From Faecalibaculum rodentium (lineage in GTDB: Bacteria > Bacillota_I > Bacilli_A > Erysipelotrichales > Erysipelotrichaceae), in NCBI RefSeq assembly GCF_001564455.1, contig NZ_CP011391.1, forward strand, positions 900,001-932,000: a DNA stretch of 32,000 nt, given 5' to 3'. Position numbers and translations under genes: made by a program. Shown here one piece after another: positions 24,293 to 32,000 of the stretch; position 1 is the stretch's first letter, and every line of letters starts with the position of its first letter. The notes below the pieces were generated by a model. It did not search any database and was not told the DNA's origin. It saw only the letters and a program-made list of their open reading frames with translations.

Positions 24293-24811
24293 GTGAAACT
24301 GTGCCGCATGCTTTCTGTCTGCCTGCTGCCGGCATTCCTGCTGTCCGGATGTGCCGGAAACAAGGACTGCACCCTGAAGCTGGAAAAGACAGAAGGGTTC
24401 AGCTGGACATGGACTGTCGAAAACCCCGAAGATCCGCCGCTTTGTCTCTGGTTTCAGATGGCTGACTATGAAGAGACACCGGACAGCACTTTGGACCAGA
24501 TCCGCCTGCAGCTGTCTTCCGGTCTTTCGGATCTGGAAGCCAGGCTTGAAGAGACCGGTCTGTACATGGAAGTGCATGGAAAGGACTGGTCAAATTTCAG
24601 TGACCATCCGGATATGATTCCATCGGGATACAGCTATATCCAGTCTCTGGATGACCAGAAGCTGGCGGTCGGGGAACAGACGCCGATCCTCGTGTTCCAT
24701 TATGGTCATCCGCTGACCGACGACGACAGGAACGTGGACCATTCACAATGCAGAAAGCTCATGGCCGCATTTCTTGAGCTGGAAGCCGGCGGTGAACGCG
24801 GCAGGCCATGA
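24293..24811 (+). CDS. Hypothetical lipoprotein (no family recognised)
   Basis: GGAGGTG SD (24281-24287) 5 nt before GTG 24293. Signal peptide VKLCRMLSVCLLPAFLLSG|C has a lipobox L-S-G-C. The mature part is acidic (about 150 aa) with no motif I recognise. Confidence 0.6.
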   Translation: MKLCRMLSVCLLPAFLLSGCAGNKDCTLKLEKTEGFSWTWTVENPEDPPLCLWFQMADYEETPDSTLDQIRLQLSSGLSDLEARLEETGLYMEVHGKDWSNFSDHPDMIPSGYSYIQSLDDQKLAVGEQTPILVFHYGHPLTDDDRNVDHSQCRKLMAAFLELEAGGERGRP

Positions 24812-24865
24812 TCAGCCCCTGTCTGCCGGCGAACCGTGCCAGTACCCGATCTGCTGGAAAACAGC

Positions 24866-24917
24866 AAACTCCGCATCTGCCCGGGACCTGTGATGCGTCC
24901 TGACAAATGCGGAGTTT
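24866..24917. terminator. Hairpin terminator between the convergent lipoprotein and HAD genes
   Basis: AAACTCCGCAT (24866-24876) / ATGCGGAGTTT (24907-24917) form perfect 11-nt arms. The T-run continues to 24919. The loop is long (30 nt). Confidence 0.55.
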
Positions 24918-24950
24918 TTCTTGTGTGCCTGTTTCCCCGGCCGGCAGGGT

Positions 24951-25778
24951 TCAGTCGAATTCTCCGTCCTGTTCCATCTTCTGCAGATGGCGGCCCACAC
25001 CATCCTCTGCACAGACAAAGTCCGTCACAGTATCCGCTGCAGCTTTCGTCGGTGCAGACCCGTTGGCCAGACAGATGCCGAGTCCTGCTTCCTGCAGCAT
25101 GGTGATGTCATTATCCATGTCCCCAAAGGCGAGGATATCTGACAGCGGGATTCCCGTCTGTTCGGCATACAGCCGCAGGGCACTGCCCTTGGACACGGCC
25201 GGATCCATGAATTCCACTGCACCGGGAAATGTGCCGACGGTGATCCAGGCAGGATCGGGGTTGTCTTTGAGCAGCTTCAGGATCCGCCCCTGCTGGTCAG
25301 CAGGATACTGGACTTCCACTTTCCCGGCGGGTTCTGCCCACATTTCCTCCGGCTCCACTTTCCGGGCGAAGGAAGAGTTGCGCAGCATGGATCCTTCGAT
25401 GAACTGATCCATCCGGGTGCAGATCACGTCATCGTATCCATCTCTGTAGATGATCGCATTCACGTCTTCTCCCTCCAGCAGCTTCATGATCTTCTTCACG
25501 GATTCTGTGGACAGCATGTTCATGTGCTGTGTTTCTTCCTCTCCCCGGACCCAGAGATCGCCGCCGTTCAGACCGATCACCGCATCGAATGCAAAGGGCA
25601 GATCCCACTTTCTGGCTTTCTCCAGGATCCGGCGGTCCATCGGCCGTCCCGTGGCCAGCCCGATCTTTACACCTTTTTCATGCAGCTTTGTCAGCTGTTT
25701 TTTTGTTTCCGGACCAAGAATTTCTCCTTTTTCCGCCAGAGTCCCGTCAATATCCGCAAACAGCGCCTTCCACTTCAT
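24951..25778 (-). CDS. Cof-type HAD-IIB family phosphatase
   Basis: MKWKALFADIDGTL (DxDGT motif I), GLATGRP (motif II) and FGDMDNDITML (motif IV). GAAGGAGG SD 7 nt upstream of ATG 25778; the GTG at 25799 is less likely. Confidence 0.85.
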   Translation of the reverse strand: MKWKALFADIDGTLAEKGEILGPETKKQLTKLHEKGVKIGLATGRPMDRRILEKARKWDLPFAFDAVIGLNGGDLWVRGEEETQHMNMLSTESVKKIMKLLEGEDVNAIIYRDGYDDVICTRMDQFIEGSMLRNSSFARKVEPEEMWAEPAGKVEVQYPADQQGRILKLLKDNPDPAWITVGTFPGAVEFMDPAVSKGSALRLYAEQTGIPLSDILAFGDMDNDITMLQEAGLGICLANGSAPTKAAADTVTDFVCAEDGVGRHLQKMEQDGEFD

Positions 25779-25855
25779 GCCAGCATCCTCCTTCGACACC
25801 TTCTGTCGCTCTCAGATTGTCACATGTGGCAACCGGATGTTCAATCGAAACCGGA

Positions 25856-26614
25856 TCACTGCGTCCACATTTTCTCCGGATTCAGGACTTTGTACCGCAG
25901 CCACAGAGCGCCGCTCTCCATCTGCCTGGTCTCTTCCAGCGCAAAGTGCAGCGGTCTGCCCTCTGGGTAGGCCATATTGCGAAACACCGAAGGGGTGTTT
26001 TCGGCACCATCCGCTGCAGCGGCCACCACCAGACTCAGCTCGTCGCAAAGGCCGGACTCCATGAACTTCCAGTTCAGGATCCCGCCGCCCTGCAGCATCA
26101 GCATGTCGATGTGAAACAGGGACTTCAGCTTCTCAAGCAGGCTGTCCCATTCCACGTCCTTCTCCCCTGCAATGATGTAGGGGATCCCCAGTGAGCGCAA
26201 AAACGCCCTGTAGGCATTGGAAGCCTGTTCTGTCAGCACTTCGATCACCGCAGCTTTCGTGGTTTCATACTGCAGATATGGAGAGTTCCACCCCAGCACA
26301 CCCAGCGGATCCACGGAAACATAGTACATGCCGAAATCCGTATTCGTGATGTAGTCTCCGTCAGGCACCGCCGGAGCCCCGGGATCCAGATCTGGTCTGG
26401 CGTAGAACGTGAAATTCTCGTCTGTCGTCACACGCCCCGAGAGCCATCCCTGCATGGCATAGAACCGGTCGGGGCCAAAAGCCAGGTCATACAATGTCCC
26501 GACCGCTTTGATGCCCTTAAGCGTATCCAGAAATGTCCCGCTGATTTTTCCATCCAGGGATACCAGCATGTGGCAGAACACAAAGGGTCTGCCTGCAGCA
26601 GCATGGTCTGTCAT
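25856..26614 (-). CDS. RibD C-terminal-domain (pyrimidine reductase / DHFR-like) family protein with no deaminase domain
   Basis: RPFVFCHMLVSLDGKISG ... MLMLQGGGILNWKFMESGLCDELSLVVAAAADG ... LWLRYKV matches the RibD_C pattern. The start is uncertain: ATG 26614 (MTDH...), ATG 26647 or GTG 26665. Confidence 0.7.
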   Translation of the reverse strand: MTDHAAAGRPFVFCHMLVSLDGKISGTFLDTLKGIKAVGTLYDLAFGPDRFYAMQGWLSGRVTTDENFTFYARPDLDPGAPAVPDGDYITNTDFGMYYVSVDPLGVLGWNSPYLQYETTKAAVIEVLTEQASNAYRAFLRSLGIPYIIAGEKDVEWDSLLEKLKSLFHIDMLMLQGGGILNWKFMESGLCDELSLVVAAAADGAENTPSVFRNMAYPEGRPLHFALEETRQMESGALWLRYKVLNPEKMWTQ

Positions 26615-26824
26615 GTCGTTTTCATCCTTTCCGCTGATGATGGTCATGTTCTCCGTCACAGGCACTTGTGGCTCAGGCGCCTGTGACTGCTTTCAGTGTA
26701 AGGCCATGGACCGCCATTCATTCCGCAAAAGCCTGCATGACAGCGTCTTCATGACAACCGGATTCCGTAAAACCATACGTATGGGAAGCGGATGATTTCT
26801 GTCAGGCCGGCGGCCTGAGGAAAG

Positions 26825-26866
26825 AAAAACCCGGGACACAGGTCAGAGTCTGACACTGTGCCCGGG
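26825..26866 (-). terminator. Rho-independent terminator after tex
   Basis: On the minus strand: CCCGGGCACAG...CTGTGTCCCGGG stem (one bulge) followed by TTTTT. It lies 34 nt downstream of the tex stop. Confidence 0.65.
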
Positions 26867-26899
26867 TCTGCAGCGCGTATCGGTCCGACGCCGGCAGCC

Positions 26900-28987
26900 T
26901 CAGCGTTTCGGGGCTGTTAGAGAGAGCCCCACCCGGCCGCGTTTCCGGTCAACGTTATGAACCCAGACCTTGACAATCTGGCCCGTGGCCGCGATTTCCC
27001 GGGGATCCTTGACGAAGTGATCCGCCATGCGGGAAATGTGCACGAGTCCGTCATCGTGCAGTCCAATGTCCACGAATGCCCCGAAGCTGGTCACGTTGCG
27101 GACCGTTCCCTGCAGCTCCATCCCGGGAACCAGGTCCTCGATGGACAGGACATCCTTCTTCAGGACCGGTGCATCCAGGCTGTCACGCGGATCCAGGCCG
27201 GGATTGCGCAGTTCGCGGATGATGTCGATCATGGTGTCGGTTCCCACTCCCAGGCGTCTGGCTTCCTGAACCGGATTGATCCGCTTCAGGGAATCCCGGA
27301 AGGCCTGTGACCGCATATCGGCGGCATCCAGCCCGTGATCCTGGAGAAACTGCCGGGCAAAACCGTAGCTCTCCGGATGGATCCCCGTGGCATCCAGCGG
27401 CTCGACGCCATCCGGGATCCGGAGAAATCCCACTGCCTGTTCATAGGCTTTGGGCGTCAGCACAGATTCCAGCTGGGTTCTGGTCCGGATCGGCCGGGCC
27501 CTGAGGATTCTGGCAATCTGAGTTTTTGTGAGCCCGGACACATGCATCAGCAGGGAAGGAGAAGCTGTGTTCACGTCTGTGCCCACCCGGTTGACGGCTT
27601 TGTCTGTCACGAAATCCAGGGCTTCCTTCAGCTGCTTCTGCGGGACATCATGCTGATATTCGCCGATGCCCAGGGACTTTGGATCGATTTTGACCAGCTC
27701 GCTCAGCGGATCCTGCACCCTGCGGCCAATGGAAACGGCGCTCCGGGTTTCCACCGCCAGATCCGGAAATTCTTCCTTTGCAAGCTGGGAGGCCGAATAG
27801 ACCGATGCCCCGGCTTCGGATCCGATCACATAGGATATCTCCGGAAACTCCCGGATGATATCTGCAACCAGCGCCTCGGATTCACGGCTCGCGGTCCCGT
27901 TTCCAATCACCACCACATCCGGTCTGTACTCAGTCAGAAGCTCCCTTGTGCGCCTGATTGCCTGCGCCTCCTGACCTTTTCCCCGGAAGGGATACACCAC
28001 GTCTGTGGCGAGCAGGTTCCCCGAGGGATCCAGCATGGCAAGCTTGCATCCGTGCAGATATCCCGGATCCCACGCGAGCACCGACTTTCCTTTCAGGGGT
28101 CGCGTCATGAGCATGTTTTCCAGATTCACGGAAAATCCGGCAATGGCTGCATTGCAGGCCTTCTCCCGAAGTTCACTGCGGATCTGACGGCGCACACTGG
28201 GCACGATCAGCCGCACCAGGGCATCATGCATGACAGCCGACAGCCAGGAAGCGGCATCCGGCCGCCGGATGATCTGCCTGGCCAGTCGCTGTTCCAGGGC
28301 GGGGTAGTCGAACTCCAGGGCAATGGAGAGGATCTTTTCCTTCTCTCCGCGTTCCATTGCCAGTACACGATGGCCAGGGATTTTCCGCACAGGGTCTGCA
28401 AAATCGTAATACATCTCGTAGACACCCTTTTCATCCACGGCATCTTTCTTCTTTTTCGATTCCATGACTCCGGTTTTTTCCAGGAAGTTCTTCACCGTTT
28501 CCCGGATCTTCGGGTCATCGCTGAACTTTTCCGCCACGATCCACCCCGCCGCCTGCAATGCAGCCGGATCTTCATCCACCGGGAAAGGACGGTCCTGAGC
28601 CAGGATCCTGTCAGCCAGCGGTCCGTGACCGTCGGCAATCGCCTGTGTGGCTTTGGTTTTTCTCTTTTCTTTATACGGACGATAGAGTTCCTCGACTTCC
28701 GCCAGGGTCTTTGCTTCTTTCAGCGCAGTATCCAGTTCCGGTGTCATCAGTCCCTTTTCGCCGATGAGTTCCCGGACGGATTCCTTCCGGGCCTGAAGCC
28801 CCAGTGTGTAGGCATGAACCTGCTGGATCCGGCGAAGCTGGTCTTCGTCCAGACGCCCGGTGACTTCCTTGCGGTACCGCGCGATGAATGGAATGGTCGC
28901 ACCGCCTTCCAGCAGTTCCAGGACAGCTGCCACCTGTCCTTCTTTGAGTCCCATGGACCCGGCAATCTGTTGTGTCATTGTCTGCAT
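26900..28987 (-). CDS. tex: Tex-like transcription accessory protein (YqgF/RNase-H-like, HhH and C-terminal S1 domains)
   Basis: N-terminal GATIPFIARYRKEVTG hallmark and a C-terminal S1 domain GMELQGTVRNVTSFGAFVDIGLHDDGLVHISRMADHFVKDP. 695 aa. Confidence 0.9.
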   Translation of the reverse strand: MQTMTQQIAGSMGLKEGQVAAVLELLEGGATIPFIARYRKEVTGRLDEDQLRRIQQVHAYTLGLQARKESVRELIGEKGLMTPELDTALKEAKTLAEVEELYRPYKEKRKTKATQAIADGHGPLADRILAQDRPFPVDEDPAALQAAGWIVAEKFSDDPKIRETVKNFLEKTGVMESKKKKDAVDEKGVYEMYYDFADPVRKIPGHRVLAMERGEKEKILSIALEFDYPALEQRLARQIIRRPDAASWLSAVMHDALVRLIVPSVRRQIRSELREKACNAAIAGFSVNLENMLMTRPLKGKSVLAWDPGYLHGCKLAMLDPSGNLLATDVVYPFRGKGQEAQAIRRTRELLTEYRPDVVVIGNGTASRESEALVADIIREFPEISYVIGSEAGASVYSASQLAKEEFPDLAVETRSAVSIGRRVQDPLSELVKIDPKSLGIGEYQHDVPQKQLKEALDFVTDKAVNRVGTDVNTASPSLLMHVSGLTKTQIARILRARPIRTRTQLESVLTPKAYEQAVGFLRIPDGVEPLDATGIHPESYGFARQFLQDHGLDAADMRSQAFRDSLKRINPVQEARRLGVGTDTMIDIIRELRNPGLDPRDSLDAPVLKKDVLSIEDLVPGMELQGTVRNVTSFGAFVDIGLHDDGLVHISRMADHFVKDPREIAATGQIVKVWVHNVDRKRGRVGLSLTAPKR

Positions 28988-29256
28988 GCAGTCTATTGTA
29001 CCGTGTCTGCAGGAGAATGCCGTGCTGTTTTTGGAAAAATGCCCGCATAGCCTGTCTGTCTTCGAAGCCGGAATGAGGATCCGGCATCCGCGGTGCAGGC
29101 GACAGAAATCCGGCAGCCAGGCCTGTTGTGACTGTGTCCGTTCACAATGTGATGAAGACAGGTGAATCTGTGATTGCCATGACGCCGATTTTCGCGCTAC
29201 TATTGTTAAGTGTTAAGTTTGGACTGTCTGGACGGCAGTCCGGCCAGGAGGTATGT

Positions 29257-30012
29257 ATGCGGCTGGTGACATGGAACGTGAATGGCCTGCGGGCAGTATT
29301 GAAAAAGGGATTTGAAGACATCATGGCGGCCCTGGACCCCGATGTGGTTTGCCTGCAGGAAACCAAGGCACAGGCTGACCAGATCGAGGTGGATGAAGGG
29401 CTCTTTCCCTGGCAGTATGTAAACTGTGCCAGGCGCAAGGGCTACAGCGGCACCATGATCCTGTCCCTGGTGGAACCGGCCATGGTGACTGCCGGCATTG
29501 GTGCAGAAGAACATGACGGGGAAGGGCGCGTTCTCACGGCGGACATGGGGTCCTTTTACCTGGTGAATGTCTACGTTCCCAACAGCGGAGACGGCCTGAA
29601 ACGGCTGGAGTACCGTCTGGAATGGGACCGGGCTTTTTCTGCCTGGCTGCGCCGGCTCGAGGAAACAAAGCCGGTGCTGGCCTGCGGAGACTTCAACGTT
29701 GCCAGAACGGAACTGGATGTCTGGGATGAGGAAGCCGCTGCATCGGCAGCGGGCTACACTCTGCATGAACGGGAAAGCTTTCAGCAGAATTTTCTGTCGC
29801 ACTTTGTGGACGTCTTCCGCACACTGCATCCGGACGACAGACAGTATACCTGGTGGAGCTACTATTCCAGAGGACGGGAACGCAATCAGGGAGAGCGCAT
29901 TGACTACTGGCTGGCCAGCCCGAAGCTGATGGACAGGATCCGCGACATACGCATACGGGATGATATTTTCGGCAGTGACCATTGTCCCGTGGAAATCGAG
30001 CTGGATGACTGA
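29257..30012 (+). CDS. xth: Exodeoxyribonuclease III (AP endonuclease, Xth/ExoA family)
   Basis: MRLVTWNVNGLRA, CLQETK, GDFNVA and GSDHCPV motifs. AGGAGG SD (29246-29251) 5 nt before ATG 29257. The stretch 29128-29256 looks non-coding. Confidence 0.93.
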   Translation: MRLVTWNVNGLRAVLKKGFEDIMAALDPDVVCLQETKAQADQIEVDEGLFPWQYVNCARRKGYSGTMILSLVEPAMVTAGIGAEEHDGEGRVLTADMGSFYLVNVYVPNSGDGLKRLEYRLEWDRAFSAWLRRLEETKPVLACGDFNVARTELDVWDEEAAASAAGYTLHERESFQQNFLSHFVDVFRTLHPDDRQYTWWSYYSRGRERNQGERIDYWLASPKLMDRIRDIRIRDDIFGSDHCPVEIELDD

Positions 30013-30068
30013 AATCCGGACCGGCACAAGGCAGAAAAGGTCACAATAGGAAAAAGGACAGGGAAGCA

Positions 30069-30656
30069 ATGAAGAAGTACTGGAAAAGTCTGTTTGCCGG
30101 AGGTGCCGTGGCACTGGCCGGCCGCCTGTATGCAGGAATGGATGACAAAGTGGCGGCAGCCATTCTGTTTTCCTTTGCCCTGTACATGGTCTGTCTGTTC
30201 GGACTGGATCTGTTTACAGGCAAAATCGGGTTCATCACGGACAGAGTCAAACCTGTATGGTGGTACGCTGCCGTATTCCTGGGAAATTTTGCCGGGGCTG
30301 CAGCGGTGGCCTTCCTGTGCATTGCGGCCGATCCCGGCCTCGTGGCTGCTGCTTCGGCCATGATCGATGCAAAGCTGGCGGTCCCCTGGTGGTCCCTGTT
30401 TTTCAGGGGACTGCTGTGCGGCATCCTGATGTATGCGGCGGTGGTGTCCTGGAAAAAATCCGGAAATCCGCTGGGCATCTTCCTGTGCATCCCGATGTTC
30501 ATCCTGTCGGGGTTTGAACACAGCATTGCAGACATCAGCTATCTCTGCATGGGTCTGCGGTTCGATTTTCTGCCGGCCTTGCTGCTGATCGCTCTGGGGA
30601 ATGCGGCAGGAAGCATTCTCGTGCATGTGACCAGAAATGGTATACTGAAAGTCTGA
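30069..30656 (+). CDS. Compact formate/nitrite transporter (FNT)-family anion channel, 195 aa
   Basis: Six hydrophobic segments carrying both FNT hallmark loops, GLDLFTGK (the Thr loop) and LSGFEHSIAD (the central His), plus a LGNxxG-type last helix. Confidence 0.7.
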   Translation: MKKYWKSLFAGGAVALAGRLYAGMDDKVAAAILFSFALYMVCLFGLDLFTGKIGFITDRVKPVWWYAAVFLGNFAGAAAVAFLCIAADPGLVAAASAMIDAKLAVPWWSLFFRGLLCGILMYAAVVSWKKSGNPLGIFLCIPMFILSGFEHSIADISYLCMGLRFDFLPALLLIALGNAAGSILVHVTRNGILKV

Positions 30657-30695
30657 TTGTTTCCGGCATGGCCGGACAGGAAAGGAGGCCGGACT

Positions 30696-31280
30696 GTGAT
30701 TGCATTCATAGAAGGCACTGTACGGCAGATCCGGTCTGATTCTGTCGTGGTGCAGACCGGCGGGATCGGATTCGAGATCCTGACACCGGATCCGGCAGCT
30801 GTCTCTTCAGGCAGGCAGGGACTCTGGCATATATATGAAAGCATCCGCGAGGATGGATGGACACTGTACGGTTTCACGACCGAAGCCGATTATCAGGTGT
30901 TTCTGTCTCTGATCGGCGTCAAGGGAATCGGCCCCAAATCCGCCCTGCAGATCCTGACAAAGGCCGGGGGACGCCGGATCCTGGAGGCTCTGGAAAAGGA
31001 AGATGTGTCCGCTCTGAAGGCTTTGCCGGGCATTGGCCCGAAAACCGCCAGCCAGATGCTGCTGGACATGCGCGGACGCCTGGTGAAGATGCGACCGGAA
31101 GCAGAACCGGCAGCGGCAGGAACCCGGCAGTGGCAGGAGACAGTATCGGCCCTGGAGAACTTTGGCTACAGAAGCCAGGACATAGCTCCGCTGGAGCCCG
31201 AACTGGCTTCCAGGGAGCTGCCGGTCCAGGACATGATCCGGGAAGCCCTGCGGCTTCTGGCGAAACGGAAGGGGGTGTAG
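30696..31280 (+). CDS. ruvA: Holliday junction DNA helicase subunit RuvA
   Basis: VIAFIEGTV...GGIGFEI OB-fold N-terminus and two HhH motifs (GVKGIGPKSALQIL, LPGIGPKTASQML). AAAGGAGG SD upstream of GTG 30696. Confidence 0.92.
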   Translation: MIAFIEGTVRQIRSDSVVVQTGGIGFEILTPDPAAVSSGRQGLWHIYESIREDGWTLYGFTTEADYQVFLSLIGVKGIGPKSALQILTKAGGRRILEALEKEDVSALKALPGIGPKTASQMLLDMRGRLVKMRPEAEPAAAGTRQWQETVSALENFGYRSQDIAPLEPELASRELPVQDMIREALRLLAKRKGV

Positions 31281-31298
31281 CCGTTGGAAGACAGACTG

Positions 31299-32000
31299 AT
31301 GGACAGCCGTGAACTGGCACAGGATGAGAAAGAGAGCTCGCTGCGGCCGGGAACGCTGGATGAGTACATAGGACAGCAGTCGCTCAAAGACAATCTTCGT
31401 GTCTTCATACAGGCAGCACGCAGCCGGAATGAGGCACTCGATCACGTCCTGCTGTATGGACCGCCTGGACTGGGAAAGACCACACTGGCGTATATTCTCG
31501 CCAGGGAAATGGGCGGACAGCTCCGTATGGCTTCCGGGCCTGCCATCGAAAAAAGCGGCGACCTGGCTGCGATCCTGTCCACCATTGAACCCGGGGATGT
31601 CCTGTTCATTGACGAAATCCACCGGCTGCCCCGGCAGGTGGAGGAAATCCTTTACCCTGCCATGGAGGACTACTGCCTGGACATTGTGGTGGGAAAGGAT
31701 GCCGGGGTTCACACGATCCGGCTGTCCCTGCCGCCCTTTACTCTGGTTGGCGCCACAACACGTGCCGGCGATCTGTCGGCTCCCCTGCGTGACCGGTTCG
31801 GCATAGTCAGCCAGCTGGAATATTACGGTCTTCCGGAACTGGAAAAAATCGTGGACCGGACATCGCGGGTGATGAATACAGACACGGAGCCGGGTGCCCG
31901 GCGGGAGATTGCCCGAAGAAGCCGCGGTACGCCGCGCATTGCCAACCGTCTGTTCCGCCGGGTGCGGGATTTTGCCCAGGTGTTCAATGACGGATTCGTG
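31299..32000 (+). CDS. ruvB: Holliday junction DNA helicase RuvB; C-terminus lies outside the window
   Basis: My own translation of the open frame gives [12 protein letters not shown], Walker [12 protein letters not shown], Walker [10 protein letters not shown], sensor GATTRAG and [10 protein letters not shown]. The frame is open to position 32000, so it is absent from the ORF track. The start is ATG 31299 or TTG 31284. Confidence 0.95.
   Translation, partial: MDSRELAQDEKESSLRPGTLDEYIGQQSLKDNLRVFIQAARSRNEALDHVLLYGPPGLGKTTLAYILAREMGGQLRMASGPAIEKSGDLAAILSTIEPGDVLFIDEIHRLPRQVEEILYPAMEDYCLDIVVGKDAGVHTIRLSLPPFTLVGATTRAGDLSAPLRDRFGIVSQLEYYGLPELEKIVDRTSRVMNTDTEPGARREIARRSRGTPRIANRLFRRVRDFAQVFNDGFV

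Noticed and set aside
26666-26899. A possible FMN (RFN) riboswitch upstream of the RibD_C-like gene.
   Set aside because: I read the minus-strand leader and found none of the conserved RFN core strings. Only a local hairpin and a palindrome are present.
27335-29050. A 571-aa ORF on the plus strand opposite tex.
   Set aside because: It is antisense to a full-length Tex protein (N-terminal hallmark and S1 domain). Its composition is biased and it has no motifs. It is a shadow ORF.
30657-30695. An SOS (LexA/Cheo) box upstream of ruvA. I also looked upstream of xth at 29100-29256.
   Set aside because: No GAAC-N4-GTTC-type motif is present in either region.
1-32000. A window-wide look for CRISPR arrays, tRNA/rRNA/tmRNA/SRP RNA, IS elements, integrases, phage genes, toxin-antitoxin pairs or known defence genes.
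   Set aside because: None were recognised by eye. The only repeats are short terminator stems and operator-like palindromes. A computational scan (tRNAscan, Infernal/Rfam, defence-system HMMs) would be needed to exclude small RNAs with confidence.

Overview
This window is a visibly GC-rich, Bacillota (Firmicutes)-type chromosomal stretch made up mostly of core housekeeping genes. All calls come from reading the six-frame translations and the DNA by eye; no searches were run.

Gene order:
- uppS (5' cut by the window edge)-cdsA | terminator | rseP
- rpiR-family regulator, then VOC/glyoxalase-fold and Gfo/Idh/MocA oxidoreductase
- arsR(sdpR-like)-sdpI fusion-LURP-one/YxjI-like, convergent with a hemolysin-III/PAQR gene
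- smc-ftsY-ylxM | ackA-nrnA | rhodanese-thioredoxin-like, convergent with MATE-marR
- dnaE-vanZ | rplU-prp-rpmA | obg | orphan lipoprotein, convergent with Cof-HAD, RibD_C-like reductase and tex
- xth-FNT-like channel-ruvA-ruvB (3' cut by the window edge)

I recognised no rRNA, tRNA, CRISPR array, transposase, integrase or phage gene, and no known defence system. Because of the GC content, nearly every real gene has a long spurious ORF on the opposite strand or in another frame. Several track ORFs also carry false N-terminal extensions, which I trimmed to starts backed by a Shine-Dalgarno (SD) sequence.

I cannot honestly point to a clear novel multi-gene system. The least ordinary items are:
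1. A three-gene SdpR/SdpI-like operon with no toxin genes. Its SdpI carries an extra TM helix plus a bPH-like C-terminal domain, it is followed by a Tubby/LURP-one-fold gene, and it has a perfect 8-4-8 palindromic operator.
2. A rhodanese gene paired with a thioredoxin-fold gene whose active site reads W-C-P-C-C inside C-x3-C-x-C-C.
3. A stand-alone RibD_C-type reductase next to a Cof-type HAD phosphatase, which may cover two riboflavin-pathway steps.
4. Several cis elements: a candidate L21 leader with an anti-SD pairing, a possibly leaderless hlyIII, and orphan perfect SD sequences with mini-ORFs.
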